NCBI GenBank assembly: GCA_013239625.1
Contig: MU056000.1
Coordinates: 8,924,970-8,988,969 of the forward strand
Length of the DNA stretch: 64,000 nt
Origin: Lama guanicoe
Taxonomy: Eukaryota
Reading direction: 5' to 3'
Shown here: piece after piece, positions 13,161 to 23,830 of the stretch
Layout: each line of letters begins with the position of its first letter
Numbering within the stretch: position 1 is the first letter of the stretch
Made by a program: the position numbers and the translations under genes
Notes under the pieces: model-generated
Seen by the model: only the letters and a program-made list of their open reading frames with translations
Databases searched by the model: none
Told to the model about the DNA's origin: nothing

Positions 13161-14544
13161 GTAGCCTTCATTTTCAGTTTTGCTAAACATTACATTGGAT
13201 TATATTCATGAATTTACTCGTATGGTGTTCAATTATATATTAATTCAATTATTTAGATACACAATTGATGTATCTGTTTAGTTTGTTGCTGAATTCTTCA
13301 ATATTACAAATGTAATAATGTGTAATGCAAAATCTGAACTTTATCCATGCAGAGGGCAAGTCTTCCTCTTAAGGTGTCAAAAATTACAGTTAGGGGATTT
13401 TAGTTGATTTTACATAATGTCCATGACTGTTTTAGCTCCAGAATATTCAGTATAAATAATGTATCTGTGATTGTAATCCTTGAGCATCCTTTATATCTAC
13501 TATACTGCACAACACTGACAGCTCACAAATTTATTCAACAGGAACGTGGTGACTGGCTCCTGTGCGTCAACATCTAAAATGGAATTTCATTTAAAAGTGC
13601 AGAAGTATGATACTTTGATTTCAGAGTCAGTCAGGGTAGAACCAGGTCCGCTAAATTGCCAGAATGTAATATTGCAGTTGTTGAAGCCCATGGTACAGGA
13701 GAGCAGATTTAATCATTTCTGGTGAGCTCAGTCTTTCTCGAGAGGCCAACATGGAGGAAATAACCACTCACTCCAGGGAAGAGATAGCTATTGAGATACA
13801 GAACGCAGAGAATGATTCTTATGAAAGCGTGTATCATGTTAAATACAGCTCTGGCTTTAAACAATCCTGAGATTGGAAAGAAGATTGAAGAAGTCACAAT
13901 CTTGACTACATTCTCTGGTATGATTAGGTAAGCTGAGGTTGAGTTAACATCATTTAATCGTAGCCCTTAGGAATCATGTCTGATGTACAGGAAGGGACTC
14001 CCTGTCCTGTCATTTCCATCTCACCCAGGGAGGAAAGCTAATTTAAAAGCAAGGAAGAGAGACTCCCCTTGTGAAAAACTTGATATGAATCAGAACTAGA
14101 AACTCACTCTCTTTTGTTAAAGGGGTATTTGCTTTCTCAAGGGAAAGTATATATTTATCCCTGGAATATTGAACTTTTCATAGGATATTAAGGTTATGAG
14201 ATTAGAGGTCGATGAAATCTCAAGTCCAGTATTAGGTGTTCAAATTAAATTTAGCCACAATTTTTTTCAGTCCTGGAAACAATTAGTTATCATTTTCTCG
14301 ATGTAGAATTTATCTTAAGTAGTATCCTCAGATGTTTGAAGGTCCAGGAACAAAACAGTACAAAACAAAACAAACTTACCAAATATTCATATCTTCCTTC
14401 ATGTAGCACCTGAAAAATCAAACTTTAACACATCTAATAAACTCTTCTCCATAAGTAAAATTAAACTTCCCAAACTAGTTTTCATAGAACATCTATGAGA
14501 ATCTAGTAGCCATGCCTTGTTAAAATACTTTTAAGAAATAATGT

Positions 14545-14845
14545 TGCAACAGACAGGTCAAGATTTGATATGTTATCATAACAAACAAATCCAGACATTT
14601 ACTTGCTTAACATCTACAAGTTCATTCTCATGTAGACAAATTCCCCACTGGGTACAAAGTTCCTTCCCAATTAATGAATCAGGCTGATTCTGTCCTGGAC
14701 CTACCATTTAAAGATTTGGCATTCAGGGTTAGAGGGAACTGGAGTGATGTGCACAGCACTGAAATATTTCAGCCTGGAAGTTAACATGTGGTACCACTGC
14801 CAGTAGCTTAGGCTACAGTTAGTCACTTGATTTAGCCTCCCATTA
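14545..14845 (-). mobile_element. MLT1J/K-like MaLR LTR, possibly followed by internal sequence to ~15350
   Basis: taacaaacaaatccagacatttacttgcttaa...cagcctggaagttaaca...agtcac matches old MLT1 consensus motifs. Confidence 0.6.
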
Positions 14846-17212
14846 AATGTGAATGTTAACAACTCTTAGTGGGCATTTCTATGAATTAAAAAGACAAGAC
14901 ATATCCCATAAAAACACATGCACGCAAGCGTGCAAGAATGTTGCAAATGGGATAGGTAACCAATTACACTCTTTTTGAACAGAAGAAATAAGGAAAACAG
15001 TTAAGTTTCTTGCTCACCTATTTAGAAATCTCACAGGGCAGAGAATTGGAAAGCTTTGTATCCTGAGGGCACTTAGCCCTAGTTATAATTTGCAATGAAT
15101 AATGCCTTTGTCTTGTTCTCTCTTCCTTCTGGCAGAGTATTTTGCTCTGGGAGTTCCTTTTTACCTCCTCATTATTTCCCTTGGTCAAAAATTTTGTGGC
15201 TATTGGTGAAGATGCATAAATTTCTCAGCACTCTTGATACTGGAGTAAAGTAGGGTTACATTTTTGCTTTGATTCTTGAGCGGCCAAAGTCATCTTAAGG
15301 TTTTATGGGCAATGCATTTCTATCAAATGAACAGTAGACTTCTTATTTATTTGACTCTGCCAAATTCCATGCACCAGAAAATAAATCAAAACTTCTTTTT
15401 AGATAAAGCTACCCTTTTATTTCTTTGTCTTGTCATTCCTTTTCTTTTCCCCATATCATCATGTTGGCTATTTTCTGACTATATTGAATAAGAATGAGGT
15501 CTGTCTTTAATCTGATCCTTACTCTGAGTTATTTTATTCACCATAGAGGTTCTGATAAAACCATCACATTCTTAATCTGACTTTTTGTCCAATTTCAATC
15601 AAATGAAATATTTTATTGAGTTTTTATCACTCTAAATATTTTAAAATCCCATCTCTAGTTATTTGGGACCAAGAACAGTCAGGGTCTGCTTCTTGCAAAA
15701 CCCTGAAATTCTATTTCATGTCTTATATATGACATATATTGTACATCTTTTTAAGTCAGGTGTGATAGCGGCTATCCCGTTAGTGCAGAACCAGTCAACT
15801 ACTACTAGGGATGTAATAAAAAGGTTTCTGTCACTATGTGACTAGGAAGGGTGAAACTAAAGGTCCTTTAGAAAGTCAATATTTGCTATTAGAATAAATT
15901 TAAATATTTATGCCAGAAAAATTCAGAATTTTAGTTTTATGATGAAATATACAGTTTAAAATTTTAAAATTTAAAATAGTTCAAAATTAAACTTAAAACT
16001 TTTATTTGAGGAATAGACTCACAGGCAAAAGAAACTCTTCTGAGTATAGCTCAGTTTCCTTTTTTTTGTATTTATTAGTATTTACACTGCCTTAGTGATG
16101 TGGCCCCTCAGAGGAAAACACTTTCCCTTTCTCACACTCACTCACAGAAACTAATGTGTTCAATCTCCTCACCTCTAACCCTCCACCCTGGTCTTGCTAT
16201 AAAAGAAGATTGATAAGCAACACCTGGGATCTTTACTTTTTCGTATACTAGAGCATTGAAACATACTCAGTGAAACGAATACATTTTTCTGTTCCCGAAA
16301 TTGTATAGAAACTCAAATTGCAGAGTTACATGTATCAATTACAGTGGATTTAATAGCTCAAATCTATATACTTCAAAAGAAGCCAAGTTGTCAAGAGGTA
16401 TCCATTCTTATATGTATTTGGCTTTTTTATTTTTGAACTGATTTATCAGTAATAACATTGCCAGTTACCATTATTTTTTGATGCAGATTTTTAGCAGATA
16501 AATTATATACATTATGTAAATACTTACATCATTCTCAGTAAAAAATATTTTTAATATATTTTTTAAAAAACTGGGTGATAAGTAATCGATTGAATGATAT
16601 TTAGCTTGATTTTCCCTCAAATTCAGCAAAGGGAATTATAGTGTTCCCGGGGTTTTCTCCAGCTTAACCTTTCTGTGCTGCTTACATATAGGAATGGAAA
16701 AGGGACCAGATAATTCTGCCATAGTCTTAAGACTCTTGTCACTATGTGACCTCTCTGTAAACATGTTGGATGGAGAGTCAAGAGACTGTTTATTTGGCAA
16801 ATACAAGTTCTATAGCACCAGACCTCTGAATGTGATTTTGGTCAATAGAGTTTAATTGCCTGTGTTTAACGTATTAGTGATTGATTTACTAACATGTATT
16901 CAGATCTCCCCTGGCCAGGAACATGCTGAATCAAAACAGATTGACGGGGACCAGATGACAGAAATGAGCAAACTTTGAGCAATACTGAAATGCGATGTTG
17001 TGGCAACATGGCTGTAAAATTTTCCCTATGCATTTGAAAATATTTCAACATAAAAATAATTTGAGATGCTTTGGGGAGAGAGAATTATATACATCAGAAC
17101 ATACAATATGGTGGAGTTTGGCTTTCTTTTTAATAACAATGCATAAAGAGAAAAATTTTTAACTTTGTCAGTAATTTGACAAATTCTCTAACTTTATTAG
17201 GAACTCAGATTG

Positions 17213-17589
17213 AATTCCTAGATTGAATTATGTCCTTATCAAAATCCATGTGTTAAGCCCTATCTCCCAGTACCTTCGAATGTGACTGTGTTTGGAAATA
17301 GAGTCTTCAAAGTGGCATTTACGGTTAAGTGAGGGTCTTAATCCAGCATGACTGGTGTCTTTATAAGAAGAGAAAGAGACATCAGGGACGGGAGAGTGCA
17401 GAAGAAAAACCTTGAGAGGAAACAGCAAGGAGGCAGCCACCTGCAGACCAAAAGAAGCCTTGGGAGCCACCAATCCTACTGGCATCTTGGACTTCCAGTC
17501 TCCAGAATTGTGGGGAAAAAAAAATCTGTTCTTTAAAACACCCAATCTGTGGTATTTCCTTATGGCAGCCCTAGCGAACTAGTACTACA
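17213..17589 (+). mobile_element. MLT1B-like MaLR solo LTR
   Basis: gaatgtgactgtgtttggaaatagagtctt...atgactggtgtctttataagaag...ggacttccagtctccagaattgtg...atggcagccctagcgaactagtactaca. Confidence 0.92.
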
Positions 17590-20500
17590 GAGGGCCTTAT
17601 ATTTCCCTAAAATTTCTAACAATTAGCTTTATTTTAAAGTTCATTTACTATATACAGACATGTCTTTAGAATGTCAGGGTTTCCATGAACTTTTAATTCT
17701 TTCCACAAAATATTTGTCTCTTTAAATTATAGTATATTTTTCTTTCTTAAATGAGGTAATGATTTTTTTTTTATTACATCAAAGGCAGTTTCCAACTTCC
17801 AGAGCTGGTTATATAGAGCAAAACAGTGAGTCATACTTTTATATATGAAAAATATCTTGTTAGTATCCTTCTCCAAGGTGACTTTCAGGTTTCTTAATGA
17901 AGGGGAGGATTTCAATTCTCCTCTCTGTTGTGCTTCATAGATTTCAATTAGGTAGAATGGCAGCTTTGATAGAAATACTGGCATTTGTTTATTTTTGGTG
18001 AACACGAGTGTAATTTTTAATAACTGTCTTGTTCAGCGCTTGAATGTTAGATGGTCTTGCCATCATCATTATGAAGAAGAGTACTTGCGATGAAGACACT
18101 CAAATGTAGAAGTGGTTTATATTTGCATCCCTTCCCAAGGAGAATTCACAGAAAAATGGCACAGTTACAAAGCATTAATAGAGAGAACTGATTTTTTTAA
18201 AGGTTTGTATTTGATTGGCTGCCAAATATTTCCTTGCCAGAAAGTGAAAACTAGTTAAGGTTGCCTATTAGAGTTTTAATTATAAACCTTCCTAATGTTC
18301 AATACATTGAAATTATTTAAAAGTATATTTATTATTATTTTTGCAAATAACATTAAATGCTTTTATATATATTTATATAGTATACCATGTAATAAAATGT
18401 TCTTCATGTATATAAAAACTGAACTGTTGTACAAGTTACACATGTATTTCCTGTCAGTGTTGTTTATTTGGTGTATATGAAAAAATAGAAGAAATCATAG
18501 GAATTCTTACAAAATACCTTTCGAGTTTCATTTTACATATGAAAGTAATTTATTAAACTTTTTTTCTATAAAATTATTTATTGATTGGTCCATGACACCT
18601 GCAATGATACAGAAATGAAACTCTAATTAAGGCTATTTCAACTAAAATTTATTAATATCACTTATATAATAAATTCAAAATAATTTTCTTTTAACTGTAA
18701 ATCAAAGTGAATAATATTCCTTCGTTAGTACTCCAAATATTTCTTCATTCTTTCATACCAAGTAAGTTCTTATCATTTTCCTTTTAGGTAAATTCAGCAT
18801 TAATATAAAAAGTGTCTAAAATTTGAAAGCAAACATGAGAGAAGCAGTTGGCGATGGCAATATATTTTGTTGGCTGCCCTCATTAGTGTGAATCAGATGT
18901 CAGCTGAGATGTGTCCATCCCTTAATATATGGCCATTTTTGCACCTTTGTTCTATAGAATATACAATACCATCAAGATTTGACAGTTTCCTTGAGGCGTG
19001 TATTTTCATTGCCTTAGTGGCCTCAACTTCCGCCTTCAGGATTTCCTGGTTCTTTTAGCTGTTTCTTGGCTGTCCTGACTTTTTAAAAATATACTATTAA
19101 CATCTCACCTCTTTGGCTTATCAAGTTATTCCTTTAAGAAGAGAAGATTCCTACCCTAAGAGAATTTCTTAAGTTGCTTTTAAGACTCAATGGTCTGTCA
19201 TTCAACTGCATTAAATTTAATACTCCATTTTCAGCTTAAAATAGACTAATAGGTTTTCTGCCTCTTCTCCTTTTCACATACTGATTTATATATCCTTTTC
19301 TAGTTTACATATATATGGGGGTTTCACATGTCATTTATCATAACCTCAACATTATCTTAGCTACATTACCACAAACCTCATACTCAAGCTGCTGTCCATG
19401 AGTGTGCTATTTTTTTTTCTTTTTGATAATGAATTTTTTTAGAGAGTTTCTGAATAAAGATGGGTCTTTTCATGATTTTGTTGTTGGGAGCACTTGTATC
19501 AATTTATTCCTGTAGGAAACTGCAACTATCAAATTTTCTTCCACTTGGTGAGACAAAAGGGAATTTCAGGCTAATCATAGCAGGCTTGTTTTGGTGTAAT
19601 AATGATGATAATTATAATAACATCTTCCTTTTGTATATAAGGAAGTATTTTCTGATAAAAATTATTTAAAATAATTTTAATGATCATTCTAAGTACCTTT
19701 GTCAGAGGTTTAAATACTATACACTGATTATTGTAGAAATGGAATATTCTCTAGTTATTTTTTGCATTATTAAAATGTAATTTCTTTCAAATTCAGGTAT
19801 TACATCTACACGTGTTTCACATTTGTATTTCTAACTTAAGGAGCTACATTTTATTAAAATTAGATGTATTCACACTGATGGTTATCTTTGAAGAAAAGAA
19901 TCTACTTTTAATAACTATATTCTCATTTATTTTGATTTATTTTGTTCTAAAAAAGCTTTTTATTATATACTCAATAAGACATAAGCTATTAAAAATAAAA
20001 ATTACCTTTTCAGAAAATAAAGAGTTAGCCTTATTTGTTTACATTTTTTCTTACTAAATAAGTACATGATTTTGTCACACTAAGTAATTTACATCAATGG
20101 ATTTCAAAAAACCTGTCAGATTTATATTGTTCTAAAATTATAATGTAAAGAGGATTTTCTATCAGTGCTTTGAAAATGCCATAAATATTTTTTATTTCTT
20201 TAAAGTTCTAAGTGATGCTATGTAGAATGCAAACTCAGTCTGAGACCAGAAACATCATATTTTCTAGCCACATTGTCCTAAATAATCAAAAATTGTATGA
20301 TAATTTGAATCACATGATGCAATACCAAATAGAAATTTGAGTAAAGCCAGCAAGTAGTTAGAAAATAACTAATGGAGAATGAGCACTGTGCTGAACTTGA
20401 ATTAACAAAGAGTAGACTAGATTCTTAATATAAAGAATTAATAATCTGGGAGTTGTGCATATATTCAATTAATTATTTAGAAGATACATATATGTAAATC

Positions 20501-20612
20501 AATGCTATATGTCATTGTGTATCGATATATAATGATATTATGTGTAAATATCAATAAAAATCAATACAATTTCTTGCTTTTAAATTTAACAGAGGTAAAA
20601 ATAATGATCTCT

Positions 20613-21630
20613 AAATTTTTTATTGAAATATAGTTGATTTACAATGTTGTATTAGTTTCAGGTAAAAAACAATGTGACTTGACATTTTTATAGATTAGGC
20701 TCCTCTTAAAGTTATTATAGAATATTGGTTATATTTCCAGTGCTGTACATTACATTTTTGTATCTTATTTATTTTATACCTAGTAGTTTGTACCTCTTAA
20801 TTGCCTTCCTCTATCTTGCCCCTCCCTCCATCTCTTTCCTCTCTGGTCACCACTAGTTGGTTCTCTGTATCTATGAGTCTGTTTCTGATTTTTTATATTC
20901 ACTCTTTTATTTTTTAGATCCACATATCAGTGAAAGCATACAGTATTTGTCTTTCTCTGATTTACTTCACTAAACCTAATACCTTCTGGCTCCATCCTTG
21001 TTGCAAATGGCAAAATTTATCCCTTTTTTATAGCTGAGTAATATTCTATTGTATATATTACATATATGCACCATATCTTTTTTATCCATTCATCTGTCGA
21101 TGGACATTTAGGTTGCTTCCATATCATGGCTATCATGAATGATGCTGCTATGAACACTGGAGTGCATATATCTTTTCAAATTAGTGTTTTCATTTTCTTT
21201 GCATATATATCCCAGAGTGAAATTGCTGGATCATATGGTAAGTCTATTTTTAATTTTTTGTGAAATTTTCATACTGTTTCCATCATTGCTCTACCAACTT
21301 ACCTTCTCACCAACAGTGTACTAGGTTCCCTTTTCTCCGCATACTTGCCAGCATTTGTTATTTGTTGTTTTTTTGATGATAAGTTATTCTGGCAGGCCTG
21401 AGGTGATATCTCATTGTGGTTTTGATTTACATTTCTCTGATGATTAGTGATGTTGAGCGCCTTTTTATGTACCTGTTGGCCATCTGTATGTCTTCTTTGG
21501 AAAAATGTCAATGTAGGTCTTCTGCCCATTTTTCCATCTGGTTTTTTTTTTTTTTTTTGTATTGTCTTGCATGAGCTCTCTCTATATTTTGCATATTAAC
21601 CCGTTATCAGACATACCATTTGTAAATATC
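20613..21630 (-). mobile_element. L1 3' portion (ORF2 C-terminus and 3'UTR), non-inverted arm of a 5'-inverted insertion
   Basis: T-tail at ~20616, then antisense 3'UTR and ORF2 end (atccattcatctgtcgatggacattt; tgttggccatctgtatgtcttctttggaaaaatgtc). Confidence 0.93.
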
Positions 21631-22038
21631 ACAATAGAAAGCTTAGAAATAAACCCACACACATATGATCAATCAATCTATGACAAAGAGGGCAAGAATA
21701 TACAATAAGGAAAAGAGAGCCTCTTTAATAAATGTTGGTAGAAAAACTGGACAGCTGCATACAAAATGAAATTAGAACATTCACTAACACCATACACCAA
21801 AATAAATTCAAAATGAATAAAGACCTAAATGTAAGACCAGAAACCATAAAACATAGGCAGTACATTCTTTGACATAAATTTTAGCAAATTTTTTTGGATC
21901 GGTCTCCTAAGGCAAGGGAAACAAAAACAAAAAGCAAACAAGTGGGACCTATTTAAACTTAAAAGCTTTTACCAGCAAAGGAAACCATCAGCAAAACGAA
22001 AAGAGACCTACTGAATGGGAGAAGATGTTTGCAAATGA
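21631..22038 (+). mobile_element. L1 ORF2 segment, inverted arm of the same insertion
   Basis: Sense ORF2 remnants EINPHTY...DK..K...SLFNK...EWEKMFAN end where the minus-strand arm begins. Confidence 0.92.
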
Positions 22039-22414
22039 CCTCTTCTGTAAACGTCAAGAAATAGGGTAAGTAGAACAGAATAGTGCTCATAAAATAGTAA
22101 TTATGGTTTTAAAATTTCAGTGTAATTATGGGCAACCATATCACAGTTGATCAGCTACCTTTGTGTTTAGAACCATGCTTTGGTCATATAACAGCCAAGC
22201 TGGTACACTGAGTATGTTTTGAAAGAGAGTAGAAATAAGAGGGGTAAGAAGGAAAGACAGCAGAGACTAGAAAGGAAAGATGGAGGCAGGAGCACAGGAT
22301 GAGAAGAAAGTAATCAAACCAAAGTCTGTATCAGTGAGGAAGTTAAAACAAAGATGACTGTGACTGAGGGAAAAGATGGTTCACAAAAACCTTAAGATGG
22401 GAACATGGCAGGGC

Positions 22415-22920
22415 CTATGATTTGGATATCTGATGTCTTTCCAGATCCATTCGCCACCTTATAGGACCTTCTCTACCATCCTGTCTGCCCTGGGGGAATG
22501 ACCTCTCCAGACTGTCCAGTGGAGCAGTGCCGAAGAGGCACTAACATGAGATAAAAAAGTAAGAAGAGAAAATCATCAGGGAATAACTCCTTGCTTTTTC
22601 CTCGCTTGTCTGTGGTTTGGAAGTTCCTGTGTTTCTCCACGGATGGTCTAGGCTGCAGAGTTAAAAGAATAAGTGGTTTCTAATAGCATAGCTCTCTCTG
22701 TAATCAACAGCAGGCCTAGGGCTCTCAATGACTCCCTATTCTGCTAGTTTCTGAAAGCTGTATCATTCCCTCTTAATTTCCTTGATCTTGCCTATATTTT
22801 ATCAACAATCCCTTTATTAATTTTTTAAATTGCTTTTTCAGATGTGCCATCTGGTTGGAGAGAGAGAGAGAGAGATAGAAAGACAGATAGACACATACAT
22901 ACATACCAAAATTAATACGG
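22415..22920 (+). mobile_element. LTR33-like ERVL LTR, with a (GA)n/(CATA)n insert near its 3' end
   Basis: tccagatccattc...gaggcactaacatgagat...caggcctaggg...ccctttattaa...gtgccatctg follow LTR33. Confidence 0.75.
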
Positions 22921-23390
22921 CTATTGGTACTAGAATGGCCCTAAGGAGAAAACTCAATTAGATTATGGGTTAGGGATGTTTATTTAATAAATCTGCAGAG
23001 CGCCTCCATGCTGAAAGACACTGGGAATTAATAAATGTGTCATAGAGTGTTGGGTCAAAATTACTCCATTATCACTAATGGTGCCAGGGATGGAGTGCAC
23101 GTGAAGGGCAGGCATTGGGAGACAGGTGTAGCTGACACTCGTGGCTGTGGTGAGAAGGTTGATGACTGTGTTGTAAACTGACAGTTGTTGCTTGCACTAG
23201 AGGGTATACTGAAAAGCAATGGTGAGAGAAAGCTTTCAATTTTTAACTCAAAACACAGGTAGACCTCCAGCAGGCTACATTTATGGCAGATACAGCCACG
23301 GGGCACACATGGCTGAAGACTGATGACAAGGACAATTGTAAGTGTTGCAGCGTTGCAAGACAAATAAATACTCAGTAAGGCACGTGTTGA
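22921..23390 (+). mobile_element. ERVL internal remnant (leader and decayed gag-like start)
   Basis: attggtactaga follows the LTR directly. Downstream there is degenerate EG.AL / LLLALE..LK.N-like coding residue resembling ERV3-16A3/ERVL-E internal sequence. Confidence 0.55.
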
Positions 23391-23394
23391 GAAG

Positions 23395-23630
23395 AAATGG
23401 AGGATCTCCCACGAGCAACACCTATTAGGGATTGAGGAAGCAGGACAGGCACTGGGAGAAAGCAAGCTGCAATGCTTTGCTACACGGATGTCCATTGAAC
23501 TCACGGGGACTTCTGAAACCAGGATGACCCTTCAGAGAGGTCCAGAGCTGGGAAAAAGGAGCCAGGCTTTTTACATCCATATCAACCAGCCATTGGACTT
23601 AGGATCTCCCTGGAAAGAGTTACTTTTTTA
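23395..23630 (-). mobile_element. LTR16C-like ERVL LTR fragment
   Basis: ggaagcaggac...gctgcaatgc...cacggggacttctg...ggatgacccttcagag...accagccattgga. Confidence 0.65.
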
Positions 23631-23634
23631 GTGA

Positions 23635-23830
23635 ATATTTTGCTGCATTACAAACCCCCACAAGTCTATAAGCTTAAATAAAAAGATAATTGCATATTTT
23701 TCATGATTCTGTACATTTCCTGGTGATCTTTCTTTTGTGTTTCTTCACGTGATGTCACTTTCATGGCTGCATTCAAACTGTCATTTCTCGGTGGCCATAT
23801 ATCATCAGTACTAATTTGGCTACTGGCTTT
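23635..23830 (-). mobile_element. Old MLT1 (H/I-like) LTR fragment
   Basis: tgctgcattacaaacccc...gcttaaa...tcatgattctgt...catggctgcattca. Confidence 0.55.

Noticed and set aside
23061..23504. 147-aa minus-strand ORF
   Set aside because: It lies across decayed ERVL internal and LTR16 sequence and has Ser/Cys/Pro-rich, non-protein-like composition.
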